Shown: positions 40,262 through 54,220, counted from the stretch's first letter. The stretch: 64,000 bases of DNA from Octopus sinensis (GCF_006345805.1 NC_043011.1:35786464-35850463), one strand, 5' to 3'. Made by a program: numbers and translations. Notes: generated by a model not told the origin, from the letters alone.

Positions 40262-40639
40262 AGCTAACAAGGAAGGCCCCGATATAGTCTCTTTTGCTGT
40301 AATAGCTTTATAGCTAAAAAGGAAGGCCCCTATATAGTCTCTTCTGTTGTAATAGCTTTATAGCTAACAAGGAAGGCCCCTATATAGTCTCTTCTGCTGT
40401 AATAGCTTTATACCTAATAAGGAAGGCCCCTATATAGTCTCTTCTGCTGTAATAGCTTTATAGCTAACAAGGAAGGCCCCTATATAGTCTCTTTTGCTGT
40501 AATAGCTTTATAGCTAAAAAGGAAGGCCCCTATATAGTCTCTTCTGTTGTAATAGCTTTATAGCTAACAAGGAAGGCCCCTATATAGTCTCTTCTGCTGT
40601 AATAGCTTTATACCTAATAAGGAAGGCCCCTATATAGTC
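40262..40639. repeat. 50-bp minisatellite, about 7.5 units
   Basis: GGAAGGCCCC recurs at 40271, 40321, 40371, 40421, 40471, 40521, 40571 and 40621. Confidence 0.97.
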
Positions 40640-41590
40640 GCTCAGCGTGCAAGAATCAGCAGTCATATATCTTTCATATAACAATTCACCATCTTTAAAG
40701 AAAATTAATGTGTGTCAGTGAACTGGTTAGAATGTCTCTTCTTCTGTAATAGCTTTAGATTCAACACGCTGTGTTTGATTATCTAATATGCTAGACAAGT
40801 ACAGCTCTGAAATAAAACATATGCATGTATACATATATTTAGATAAAATTATCAATACATAAATTAATACAAAGCATAATTTCAAACAGTTGTATACATA
40901 CACACCTGCATATATTCGTTAATATCCAGAAGTGTGCGTGTTACCTTTCGCAGCACAAACCCCCCTACTAGTAGCCATATTTCTTTACTACATAAATACA
41001 CACGCATTTATTAAAGTTTATACACACCAAAGTACATTCAAACATATAGGCATACACACACACACACACACAGACACACACACACACACAACTCATTCAT
41101 AACATATAAACCTAGAAAGAAAAAAATATAGTTGCCAAAGCAGTAGTTGCAGCAGCAGTACTAGTAGCAGTAATATTATATATAGCAGTATTGTGTATTA
41201 TGTTATATTTGTAGATCAGATCCCAACCAATTTGTTTACTGTAGTTTGTTAACAAGAGAAAACAGCTAGACGAAAACTGTATCACTGTTTAATTTTAGTT
41301 CTATTATATTGAACAATAATATAACCTGTTACAATTCACTGTTTCCCCATTCATTTGAGATATTGTTGGCACACTCGCAGAGATAAGGCTGTTTCCAATA
41401 CTGTAAATATCGGCAAATCAATTCAGTCTCTGTTCTGTATTGAAGCAAATATTTCATATTAATTACAAATATCACCAACCCGTTTTTTACCCATTCCGCA
41501 TTTCCAACTGATTGCTTTTCCTTACAATAATATCGCATTTAATTTTTTTGTAATAGACTGACTTCGCTCTGAACTGCAAATGGCACACAT

Positions 41591-41593
<3 letters not shown>

Positions 41594-41686
<93 letters not shown>

Positions 41687-41790
41687 GAGACAGAGAATGA
41701 GAGAGAGAGAGACAGAAAGAGAGAGAGAAAGAGACAGAGAGAAAGAGACAGAGAGAGAAAGAGACAGAGAGTGTGTGTGGTGGGAGAAGT
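41594..41790. repeat. (GA)n/(GACA)n microsatellite
   Basis: Direct reading. Confidence 0.95.
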
Positions 41791-42257
41791 AGAAAAAGAG
41801 ACAGGGATGTAAAAACAAAGGAGGGAGAGAGAGACCTAGAGAATCAATGAAATAGTGGGGAACATAAAGTAGAGAAGAGAGAGAGAGAGAGTGTGTGTGT
41901 GAGTGTGTGAGAGGGGGAGAGAATCAAAAGAACCAAAGAGCGAGTAGAAGAGTGTGAAGGAGGTGTCCAATGATAAGTAAAAGAGAAAATAAGAGATACG
42001 TCTCTCTCTCCCTCTCCCTCTCTCCCTCTTCCTCTCTTCCTCTCTCTATATATGAGTGAGAGCGAGAAGGGGAGGGAAAGGAAGAGAGAGGGAGAGGGTG
42101 AAATAATTAGAAAATCAAAGAAACAAAGGAGAGAGTAAAGAAGAGAATGAGAATGAAGGGCTCAAAGGCTTTGATAAAGAGAAAATAAAAGAGAGAAAAA
42201 GAAACAGAAAGATGTGAGGGCATACACGTATATCTATCCATCCATCTATCTATTTCG

Positions 42258-42311
<54 letters not shown>

Positions 42312-42550
42312 TATACATAATATATATGTGTGTGTATGTATATATATTTTATATACATACATACATTTATACATGTATATATATACATTTTATACATTTA
42401 TACATATATCTATATATACATATATATATATACATACACACATACACACACACACACATACATATATATATATATGCATTTTCAAAATGTAACCACGTGA
42501 ATCGCTGGCGATTTTCTTCCTCCGTCTTCCTTCGTATTGGACTTTCTTCT

Positions 42551-42585
42551 GTTTTTGAAGAAGAGCGTTGCTCGAAACGTTAAAC
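42551..42585 (+). ncRNA. Minimal hammerhead motif, family H2 (C3U change)
   Basis: GTTT-TTGAAGA-A-GAGC(GTT)GCTC-GAAAC-GTT-AAAC; flanks (~42480..42680) homologous to ~12590..12810. Confidence 0.55.
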
Positions 42586-42683
42586 CATCTTTCTTTACTT
42601 CCTGAGCGTCTTCTAATACTTTACATGTACCATGTGCTCCCCCTGTTGTCTCTTGTGTTTGATATTTTGGGGGGATTTACTAT

Positions 42684-42744
<61 letters not shown>

Positions 42745-42997
42745 GTTTAAGTAGTTGAATGATTATCCTAGTATGGATAATTCGGTAACGATACCCGGGT
42801 AGCAAATTTACGTCAGAAAGCACGGTTGAAGCTACATGCCAAGGGCAGAAATCACGTGCCGTGTGGAAATTTGTGTGTTTTTTTACTATAGATAAATGAA
42901 AGAATGGAGTCGAACGACGATTTAACAATATAATATATATAGATATATATATATATACACACTCGGTGGTCTGCGTGAAATAATATATATATATATA

Positions 42998-43038
<41 letters not shown>

Positions 43039-43865
43039 GTGTGTGTACACACCACACATATGTAAACAAAGGAAGACAAAGAATGATGTGCGAAGACACA
43101 GGAAGAGAGAAAAACACTCAGAAAAAGAGTGTCTGATAAAGAAAGGAAGATTAGAAAGAGAATTAATCATATGATTAAGACCTTCTATTTCGAAGACGGT
43201 AATGTGTGACGTTGAGGGAAGTTTGTTTACTATTTCTAACGTTCTGAGACATCCCCATTTCCTCAATCAAATGCTTGGTCTATGCATTCAACACAATAAG
43301 TCCTTAGTTTAATCGAAACCAATGCCTTGAGTTTAAGTTGTGAACCAATCGAATTAACAAGATATCTATATTTATCTGAGATAAAATTTAAGGCAATGGT
43401 ACTTGTTTTTTTGTTTGTTTTGTTTTAGACCCCCAGGGAAATGGATGCGCGTCAAAACGTATTATTTTTCATATCTGGTAAAATCTGAAACTCGGTGTCT
43501 GCGTGAAATACAATACCATCTGTGTCTAATGTGTTAAACACGCTGACAAAATCAAATGAATCTCTTTTTCTATTTCTATTTTTTTCCATTAATATGACAC
43601 AATATTGCAAAAAAAAAAAAAAATAGAGAAATGATGATTCTACTTAAGCAATAAAATAAAAATAAATAGTTTGGAAAAGAATAAGCTGTTTATGTCAGGT
43701 GACACTATTAATCGGAGGTGTTTAGTGTGTCTGTCTATCAGACACGTTGTTAGACTATGAGTAGATAGTTCCGTCCATAGAATAATTGGAAAAATTATCG
43801 TCCAAGCTGACACGATGTCCACGTGCAAATCTCCCACATATCTATGTATCTATCTATCAATTAAT

Positions 43866-43942
<77 letters not shown>

Positions 43943-44650
43943 ATATACAGACACACGCGCACAAACACACACACACACGCACACCCACACACCCATATAT
44001 ATATATATATATATGCATGTAATTATGGGTGTTATGGTTAATCTGCAAAAGTAGCGGTGAATAATTTTGGGTAGGCATAAAAATATAAAGAAGTGAAATG
44101 CATACGAATAGCCCGAGTAACATATGTAACAAAGAGAAGAAAAAATACTACACATAGTAAGAGAAATCAAAGCACATGCATGAAAACGTAGAAATATAAA
44201 GCAAAAATCCAACAAGCAAAGGAGTGCATAATGAAGCTTAAAGCATCAAAGGAAGAATCAGAGAACAAGTGCAAAAATCTGATAGCAAGAAACATTTTTT
44301 GACATGGCAGGTTTCATTGTAAAGACCTCTTGCTTAGATTAGAATAGTTCAAAAAGTTCAAACGTCGTGGTGTATTGGAGCGATTTCTCATCAACGGAAG
44401 AGTCCAGTCTAATCCAAGGGTGAGTAGGAGAGGTGCAGCCGGAATGTAGGAGTCCGAGTATAGGAAAGTAGAAAGTCCAGGTAGAAAGTCCTAGAAAATT
44501 TCGAAGTGTTATGAGGTAGAAACAGGATGAAACTGGTGCGACCACGTGAGCGTGTAATATATAGTGAGAATTTGCAATAAAAAAAAGACGAAAAAGGGCC
44601 TGAAAACAATAAAGAGATGTATTAGTTTAACGCTCGGGAAGTGAGAAAGT

Positions 44651-44687
44651 CTTTTACGTTTTCGAGCCTACGCTCTTCCACAGAAAG
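44651..44687 (-). ncRNA. Minimal hammerhead-like motif, family H1 (core CUGUGGA)
   Basis: Minus strand: CTTT-CTGTGGA-A-GAGC(GTAG)GCTC-GAAAAC-GTA-AAAG. Confidence 0.5.
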
Positions 44688-44701
44688 GAACACAAGATCG
44701 T

Positions 44702-44898
44702 GTGTAAGGCCAAAACAATGCGACGTAAATGCAAGGTAAATCACAGAGAATTGATGTAGACTTACCTTGTATTCAATATTTCTTGAGGATGGGGTCATAA
44801 GTCTGAAATACTTAATACAAGGTAAGTCTACATTAATTCAGATATTTGTTTTATTGTGATTTACCTTGCATTTACTTCGCATTGTTTTGGCCTTACAC
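44702..44898. mobile_element. 197-bp fold-back (MITE-like) element
   Basis: 44-bp outer arms with 1 mismatch plus 26-bp inner arms with 1 mismatch. Confidence 0.75.
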
Positions 44899-44989
44899 TG
44901 TCCTTTATACAATATATTCAGAGTAATTATTGCATTATATACATATATACGCGTGTGTGTTCATGCATGCATGCTTGTGGATGTGCATT

Positions 44990-45208
44990 TTTGTGTCTGT
45001 GTTTCTCCCTTACTACCGCTTGACTACCGGTGCTGGTCTGTTTACGTCTCCGTAACTTAGCGGTTCGGCCAAAGGGTACGACAGATTAAGCACCAGGCTT
45101 TAAGAAATATATACTGGGGTCGATTCAGTCAACTAAAAAAAAATTTTTTTTAATTCTGCTAGGCGGCGCTCCAACATGGCCACCATTTAATGACTGAAGC
45201 AAGTAAAA
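44990..45208 (+). mobile_element. Family B SINE 3' half
   Basis: CGCTTGACTACCGGTGCTGG..GTAACTTAGCGGTTCGGC..GGCGCTCCAACATGGCC. Confidence 0.75.
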
Positions 45209-45458
45209 AACGATAGATAATAGCACCCTTACGTACACACGCTTATTTATATTCGAAGTTTTAGAAAAATTCTCTTTTGAAGAGAAGAATATTTCAGCAT
45301 TATGCCTTAGATACATACATACACACACACACATATATATATATATACATATATATATATGCATTATATATATATATATATATATATACAGACATATAAT
45401 AAATGCATGAGTGTGCGTGTCTATGTATGTATGTATGTATGTATGTATGTATGTATGT

Positions 45459-45491
<33 letters not shown>

Positions 45492-45892
45492 AGTGTGTGC
45501 GTGCGTGTGCGTATGTGCGTGTGTACGAACACATCTATTATGTATATATTGTAAAAAAGATGAAAGGAAACATATTTTCTCTGAAAAAAGAAAGAATAAT
45601 TAGAAAAAAAAAAAACGAAAAGCAGAATCATTTTCAAACTTCACAAATATATTTTTTAAATATTGTTACATTGAGCATCTGTCGCTGTCAGCATTTGTAT
45701 TCTTTCAGTATAAAGTCATAGATACCGAAACAAGAGACATTGATATAAAATTTATTTTTATAGTTTTAACCGAACTACATGTGGAGTATAGAATAGAATA
45801 CCAGGATTTATCATTCTCATTTTTGTATCAAAAAAATGTTCGAGACGAGTTTGTGAATACATCATTCAATATTCCACATTTTTTACAAAAGG

Positions 45893-46023
45893 CAGCGAGC
45901 TGGCAGAAACGTTGTCACGTCGGGCGAAATGCTTAGTAGTATTTCGTCAGTCTGTATGTTCTGAGCTCAAATTCCGGCGAGGTCGACTTTGCCTTTCATC
46001 CTTTCGGGGTCAATTAAATAAGA
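45893..46023 (+). mobile_element. Family A SINE 5' part, fused to the ORF1 fragment
   Basis: Head and core present; breaks off after TTAAATAAG. Confidence 0.8.
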
Positions 46024-46420
46024 TTCCCCCCTGAAATCGATGCGGCTTGGGTGGTGGCAGCTCTCTTTATTGAAAGAGAAAAAGAGGTGAAGGTAATTCA
46101 AGCGGATGTGATGGAAGGAGCAACATGGAAGAGACAAATCATCGAAATTACTGTAGAAGCTGAGGTGGAGGTCCTCGAAGTGCTTCCCGAGAACCTGTGG
46201 GTTGGGGATTTGATCCATCCTGAAAGTGTGGGTGGAGGGCAGGATTCCTCGCTGCTTTAAATGTGGCCAGAAAGGCCACATAAGAGTGAACTGCCCTCCA
46301 CCACCCAAAATAGTAGAAGAGCGACAACCACCACCACAGGAGAGGATGCAAGAAGTAGAAAGAGAAACCTCAGTATTAGAAGATAGGAAATGGGAAATAG
46401 CCGGGAAAAGAAAAAAATAA
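46024..46420 (+). mobile_element. Gag/ORF1-like fragment with CCHC zinc knuckle (one frameshift near 46215)
   Basis: IPPEIDAAWVVAALF...LPENLWVG then VWVEGRIPRCFKCGQKGHIRVNC (CX2CX4HX4C); more GC-rich than its flanks. Confidence 0.75.
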
Positions 46421-46605
46421 GAAAAGGAAAGTAAGTACTTGTGAGCCCCAACCCACCCAGTGCCCTCTCTCTCCCTTCTCACCACAACCTCCCCTTGCAA
46501 ACACCAAACCTATCCGTTCTCCTCCAACAACAAAACAGAAAAGAAATGCAAACACACATGATGTAGATATGGCTCCCTCTTTCACTGTTTTTTTTTGCTT
46601 GCGTT

Positions 46606-46863
46606 TTGTATGCGGACGCGGAGGATGATGTTCTAAACCGGGTGAGCGAGTGGAAGGATGTGGTCGAAGTGGAATTCTTCGATGTAGATGGTGATCCTAT
46701 TATATGCCAATTGTTAAATAAGGCACAAATGGAGATAGTAAAAAAGTATGATAAGGGTATTGAGTTGTGGAAGGTGATCGGGGAAAGAGAGCAATTGCCA
46801 AAACAGACCTGTTATACCGAACTAAAATATGACTACGGTATCGAACTGCTGAATTTTAGATAG
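46606..46863 (+). pseudogene. 85-aa acidic ORF fragment, probably the same element as the CCHC fragment
   Basis: Non-repetitive, protein-like composition, same strand, 186 bp downstream; family not recognised. Confidence 0.4.
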
Positions 46864-47004
46864 GTATGATTGAACGGTAAAACGGTTTCAATGTAACCAC
46901 TCGACTTCGGGGATCGAGTGGGCATTCCGCCTCATTATATCATATTTTTCATTCGTTTCTTTTAATTTTGCTTCTTTCTTTATGCCTTCTTTTTATAATT
47001 TGAA

Positions 47005-47370
47005 TGCGTTTGTCTGTTCTTGTTTATCCCTTCTGTGTTTAGCCCCTTGTGAGTAGTAAAGAAATAGGTATTTCGTCTGCCGTTACGTTCTGAGTTCAAA
47101 TTCCGCCGATGTCGACTTTGCCTTTTATCCTTTTGGGGTCGATAAATTAAGTACCAGTCACGCACTGGGGTCGATGTAATTGTCTTAAGCCTTTTGTCTG
47201 TCCTTGTTTGTCCCCTCTGTCTTTAGCCCCTTGTGGGCAATAAAGAAATAAGAATATTTAGCACTCCGGGGAAAATGCTTAGCGGCATTTCATCTGTCTT
47301 TACGTTATGAGTTCAAATTCCGCCGTAGTCCACTTTGCCTTTCATCCTTCCAGCGTCGATAAAATTATTA
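47005..47370 (+). mobile_element. Tandem family A SINE pieces (tail, truncated unit, truncated unit)
   Basis: Junction AAAGAAATA|GGTATTTCGTCTGCC near 47060..47085. Confidence 0.85.
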
Positions 47371-49559
47371 TCATTGCTTTTGCTCACATAAAGCGTTTGA
47401 AGAGAAACTAAACAAGCAGAAACTGTCAGGTGAATGGTATCAGTACTGTAAAGATCCAGCATTCTCTCACCGTTTTAAGCTGATTGTTCTTGAGAATTAT
47501 GTTAAATGTACATGTATCTGTGGAATGTTGAGCAACTTACACGCAAATTCAAGGAGCAGGTAACTCAGTTTGATAGAAGAACTCAAAAGTTTGCGTCGAG
47601 ACCGACGACGATCCATCATATTTACATGCATACACATATACACAAATATGTGCGCAAAAAGATCAGTCAGCTTTCACTAACGCGCACACATATAAAAAGA
47701 CACACGCTGCACTCATTTGATGATCACGTTAAAAGCACGCTTTGGCATAGGTGGTAAATTGGAAAATAAAAGAGATAACAAAAAATATATTATTAGCCAT
47801 AATACTTCATTGAAAACATAAAACCGCGAGATGAAAAGCGACAAGATAGCATATTGTGTATGTAATTAAATATTGTCGTCCCAGAGAGAAAAGGCGAGAG
47901 CGAGAGAACAAATGAGCATGATAGATAGATAAATAGATAGATAGATATATAGATAAATAGTTAGATAGATAAATACATAAATGGATAGATAGAGAGCGAG
48001 GAAAGGATATACAGAAGAAAGGTGCATAATGAAACAGAAAAAATATTAATGTTAGGTTTCCGGTATAAAATTGAGAGGGCTTTTTGATTTTCTCCCCCAC
48101 AAAAACTATTAATCGTCTCCCTTACCAAAAGAAGTTTGGTTCAGAACGGTACATAAGAGATTTTTCATGAAGAGTTTTAAAATAAGAGTATTTGAAGTCC
48201 TTTACACGTGGGATGAAGCTTCGCTAGTAACCATTTTAATGATATTTTGGCTATTTTTACTTTCCATATATCACAGTAATAACACTGCAGGAATATATGG
48301 CTTTCTGAATGTCTAAACTCATTTTTTACTGCATTTTTATCTGACCTTATGTTCATTCACCCTCGACCTCGTTCTCTTTCTCTCTCGAACCGGCATCAAA
48401 GAAAAGTATATAAATTTCTCCTTAAAAAGGACACAAAATGTACATCATCACTGTGATATAAATTCTCCCTGTCCATTTATTTACTTCAATTACAAATGAG
48501 GATAAATTTAGTTTAACATTAACCCCGGCGGCAAAACTTTTTCTTTTTTAAATATTTATTGTTCGCGAGTAATTTATTTTCACACTTGTGTTTGGCAACT
48601 TGGTATCAAAGGGGAGACAATTATTTCAGGCAAATATTTAATATAATAATATTAAACATCAGAGAGATGGGTGGTGGTGAGACATGTATAGATGCCCGTA
48701 TATACACAGTCGACTTACTGTTACTCAATTTCCATTTACTAAATTCTGCTCAAAAGGCTCAATCTAAGAGTATAGAGGAAATCACTTGCCTAAGATTCTG
48801 CGCTTATATATACATTATATTAGTTGTATTCTTTAGTTCTTAATTCGAGAAACTGTCACCATTTAAATCTTACTTCGAACTCAGAGACTTAAACCCGCTA
48901 CCTTAGTTTAATATGAATTATTGTACAATTATGTTCCAGGGTAAAGTGGAGTAAAAATGAAATTCCTGGGAGTAATGAGAACTTATTTGGCATATGTAAA
49001 TTTACATAAAAAGACGTGTTCCTTGTTGCAACAGAAATTTTTCTTCTGGTAACACGTCCTATGTAATGGACGTGTTTAGGAGACGTTACGCCAAATAAAT
49101 TCAATAGAACTTTTGAATTAAAAAAATCTATGATTTTCTTCCTTTCAAATGAATGGGTAACGTCGGTGCAAATAAACATATTTTGGAGTAATTAGTTAAA
49201 AGTTCCCAGACCTCTCTGCTATACAAATGTATGTTATACTTTTTAAAAGTTTAGCAGAGAAATACTTTCTACATTCGCTTGGTAATTTATTCAATACGCA
49301 TAATGGAAGATACATAAAATTATTTGGAATTTCATAATCAGAGAGAAGTGACAAATGATGATTGTTATTATGTCTGAATTTGAGAGAACTGAGCATGTGT
49401 GTGCCATGCAATCTTACTTTTTAAAATTACTTTGGTAATTTGGAAGAATCAAAATTATTTACAACTGTGCAAAGCAATTAAATGTTCGTATTAACTTTCT
49501 GTTTTATACTGATATCCTTACACTTCCTCAATGGTTGATATTTTTTATTGTATGCAAGG

Positions 49560-49735
49560 GGGCGAGCTAGCACAATCATTAAAATAACGAGAAAAATACT
49601 TAACGATATTTCGTCCGTCTTTATGTTCCGAGTTCAATTTTCATCGAGGTCGACTTCGCCATTTATCCTTTCGGTTTCGATAAAATAAGTGCCAGCTGAG
49701 CACTGCGGTCAATGTAATCGACTTACTCCCTCCCC
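49560..49735 (+). mobile_element. Family A SINE, degenerate
   Basis: GGCGAGCTAG head; GTCGACTTCGCCATTTATCCTTTCGG core. Confidence 0.7.
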
Positions 49736-50791
49736 CGACATTAATGGCCTTATGCTAAACTTTGAAACCAATATTTTCATTGTACGCTAAATTGTTCCAT
49801 AACATTGTATTCTAAAACAATTTTTTGCAATGTTGAAGTGTGTTATGTCTTGAAAAAATATTTAGTAATATTCATAAAATTCAATTAGTGTTTTCACACA
49901 TTCTTAGTAATCATCAGATTTCGAAATGCATTGACTGACTGTTGGGTTCAGTGCTTGACAACTGTAATAAAATGACGGACATTTTATAACTTTTAGTAGG
50001 CTCCAGCAGAAAACAGAAATTCACGGAAGCACGCTGTTCCTTCTTTCCAGCCATCCCCCAAAATTGACGAACAGGGAAGAAGCACTGCAAAACAAAGACG
50101 TACTATGTGCCATTACGACCCTAGTGAACGACGTCGGTCGGCAGACTGATGCCTAAAGGTTGCGTCAAGTGAATTCTAGTGAAGTAAGTCTGTAATACAA
50201 CGGGATTGTCTAACAGAGAACATTTCCGGTTACTGTTTGGTACTTCTTCGTGTATATGAATGTATGCATATATACATATATATTTTATTTTTAATAAATA
50301 TATATGCATATGTATGTATGTGTGTATGTATATATATATATACATGGTATATTATATATATATATATAGTGTGTGTGTGTGGTGTGTGTGTGTGTGTGTG
50401 TGGTGTGTTGTCTGTGTGGGTGTGCGTATATATATATATTATATAATATATATATATATATATTGTATATATATGTATATGTGTGTGTGCGTGTATAGTA
50501 ATAATAATGATAATAATCAATGGATGAAAATTATAAATAATTTAATGTATCGCTACGCGCGTTTCCACAAATCATACGCGTCTTATGATCATAGGCTTTA
50601 TTCTTGTGATAATAACACTACAGTCCATAGTATCCATGGACGTCGGGTAGATCATGTTCATGCATTCATTTCTTCGGTGTGACCCCAAAAATCTGGTATT
50701 GCCGATTGGCATCATTAGGCTGTAGCCGGCGGCATAATGAAGTAGGATATTTTATATGTATATTAAAACCGTTTCCTTAAACGAAATTAAA

Positions 50792-50836
<45 letters not shown>

Positions 50837-51466
50837 ATATACCAGCTTGAGAAGAAGAAGAAACGAAACGAATCGAATCGAATCGACGCGAAGGCGCTCA
50901 GTCATACAATAGTGTAATAAATAAAATATATGCATACATACAAACATATATGTACGTACCTACATCTACATGGATATATACATGCATATATAAATATATA
51001 TACGTGTGTACAGGACACCACAAATAGACGTAGAACTCAACGAGAAACGAAAACGTAAAAACAGCATGGAACGGACCATTCCTTTAACAACGAAAAAAAC
51101 AGAGTACAAGACAACTACACAAGGAAAAATCCCATTCATCAGCCGTCCCTAGTTCAACTCCAGCGTGTTTCGAAGGTGAAGACAGAACACGTCTTGTCCA
51201 ACTAGTCCTTCCTGCGAAAGAATTAAATAAAATTCCTTTGCAAAGGGGTTAAAACAAGGGGGAAAATGTGACAAAAACAGGACGTAAAAACAATACAATT
51301 AAAAACAAATACAAAATAAAAATACAATTACAAGAAATACAGTACAAGAGGAATAGAAACAGGACAGGAAAATATATGTGTGTATGCAAATATATATATA
51401 TATGTGTATATATTATATAATAATATAATATATATATATATATATATGATTTTATATATGTATATA

Positions 51467-52710
51467 TGGGGTCATCCTATAAATAATGCGGGTTATTACA
51501 CTTTTTTTCATTTTTCAAGATTAAGATAAACTAAGTTCTTTTTAAATCTAAAAAATACTCTCCATTTTCTACAATGCTCTTCCATCTATCTGGTAGAGTT
51601 GTAAGGCTATCTTCGAAAGTTCACTTGTTCATCGCAAAAAGTACTCCTCTTACCTCGTCTACAGAATTTATATTTTTCCCGTCCAAATTATTTTGAAGTC
51701 TGCAGAATAAATGATAATCAGATGGGGCAATGTCCGGTGAATATGGTGGGTGGGACATCGTTTACCATTCAAACTGCACCAGCCTTTGAAATGTCATCCT
51801 CGATGTATGTGGCCGATCATTATCCTCATAGAAGAACACCTTTCGTCTTGAAACCTAAGACGGCCGTTTTCTTCCTAGCACTGGCTTAAGCCACTCAAGC
51901 TTCTCCCAATAGACCTCTGTTGTTATCGTTTGGCTTGCGTTTAAAAGTTCAAAGTGGGCTAAACCTTTTGTATCTCACCAAACAGACAACAGCTTACGTG
52001 GATGAAGACCTTCTTTAGCCTGGGTTGCCGGTGTTTCTAATTTCACTACCCACCGTCTTTGGCGCTTGACATTCTTATTTCTCGTCACTAGTCACTATTC
52101 TGTACAAAAAAGGTTCATTCATGAGACGTAGCAGCGAAGAAGAGCGCACCTTTACTCTTTGCGCGCGATTAGACTGGCAAAGTTTGAGGAACCCAATAAC
52201 CCAATTTGCTGACTTTTCCGATGGCACGCAGGTGTCGATGAATGGTTGAATGACCAAATCCAAGCTTCTCTGCTAGTTCTTCAACAGTTACGATGGGATT
52301 TTGTTCCACTAGGATTTGCAAGACGTCCTCGAGTAGCTCTACAAATCTTCCTGGACGAGTCTCGTCTTCTAGGCTGTAGCTTCCGACTCGGAATTTCTGG
52401 AATCACCGTTGACACTGGCTTACACTTATTGTCCGATCCTCGTATACTACATTAATATTCCTCGCACCTTACTGTTGCGTTGTTGTCTTTTTTGAACTCA
52501 AAATAAAATATACCGAATATGTTCCTTTGTCACTTCCATTATAACTTTTAAGATTGAACTGCACTCTTCATAACTTGCACTAAGAATAAGGACAAGGTAA
52601 AATTACTACCTGTTTTTATAACAAGTTGATGCAGGTAGTTTATCCCGTACCCTCCAGCTTTTAGTTCATGCAACTGGAAAAAAAAACGTATTATCTATGG
52701 GATGACCCAA
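51467..52710 (-). mobile_element. Full-length degenerate mariner transposon (1244 bp)
   Basis: TIRs TGGGGTCATCCTATAAATAATGCG / CGTATTATCTATGGGATGACCCAA with TA on each side; minus-strand IVTSDEK, EDNDRPH and HPPYSPDIAPSDYHLF motifs; ORF broken. Confidence 0.9.
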
Positions 52711-53790
52711 TATAAACATACATACATATATATACTCTGTTAAGTCAAGATTAAGAAAAAAGTTTAATACAAAAATTAAACGCTATTTCTGTAATGTCTC
52801 TTCATGAGGAAATCATTGAAACATATATCATAGACGGTAGCAAAACCAAGCAAAGTTAACCTGGAACTAAACAAAAGCAGAATCAAAAACTAAGGGTGTT
52901 CCAAGGGGCGCCTGATCTATTGAAATACTAACTAAATTACATTAAATTACATCGTACAACCATTGAAAAGTGACGTAGCCATTGGATAGTGAAGTTGTTG
53001 ATGCAATATGTTTGAAAAAGAAAGACAAGATAGACAGGGATATAATATCTTTGATCACATATATATTCGATCGAAGCCAAGCAGCAACCTCTTTCAATAG
53101 GCTATCTCCGTGCTATAAATATGTTCGATCAGAGCTGAGCTGGAAATGTTATCAACAAAAGCAAAAACACAACCACCACCAACAACAACACCGCCATCAC
53201 AACAACAATACCAACAAAAATCTATGCTTGACTAGAACAATATCGAAACTGACACTACCTCCGACACCCCTACCGCGACAGTAGATATATGTTCGATCAG
53301 AACAAATCCCAAGGTAGAAGCAGCAGCAGTAGTGAAGGTGCAATGGCCAGTGGTTAGGGCAGCGGACTCGCGGCCGTAAGACCGCGGTTTCGATTCCCAG
53401 ACCGAGCATTGTGAATGTTTATTGAGCAAAAACATGAGGCTTCAGCGGGGGGGTGGGGGGGTGTACTCTTTCACCACAACTTTCTCTCACACTTGCTTCC
53501 TACTTCTTCCATAAAGCAGAGGGACCAAGGTGTAACCCACTATAGTGTGGTAAACTCTCAGACCCTAGTCTAGATTTCGAATCCTCTGTACCCCAAGATG
53601 GTTGAGCTCTCCACCCGTTAAGAGCCACCGCTTACGGAATGAGAATAAAAACGTAGCTTTCGCGTCCGTGCAACCACCAGTCTATCGCGGGTGGTGGGTG
53701 CATCCTCAAGTTGCTACACGCATTCTTAGTAGCTTAGAGTAGGCTCGATTTAGAGATTATTCTTTGAGGCTAATGACGTGAGTCGTGATT

Positions 53791-54220
53791 AGAAAAAGAA
53801 GAAGAAGAAGAAGAAGAAGAGAAGAAGAAAAAGGAGAAGAAGAAGAAGGGGAAGAAGAAGACGAAGGATAAGAAGGAGGAGGAGAAGAAGAAGAAAAAGA
53901 AGACGAAGGAGAAGAGGGAGAAGAAGGAGAAGAAGAAGGAGAAGAAGAAAAAGGAGAAGAAGAAGAAGAAGGGGAAGAAGAAGACGAAGGATAAGAAGGA
54001 GGAGGAGAAGAAGAATAAAAAGAAGACGAAGGAGAAGGAGAAGAAGGAGAAGAAGAAGACGAAGGATAAGAAGGAGGAGGAGAAGAAGAAGAAAAAGAAG
54101 ACGAAGAAGGAGAAGAAGGAGAAGAAGGAGAAGAAGAAGACGAAGGATAAGAAGGAGGAGGAGAAGAAGAAGAAAAAGAAGACGAAGGAGAAGAAGGAGA
54201 AGAAGGAGAAGAAGGAGAAG

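Noticed and set aside
40262-40639. CRISPR-like look of the regular 50-bp array
   Set aside because: Units are contiguous with no unique spacers, no cas genes, eukaryotic context.
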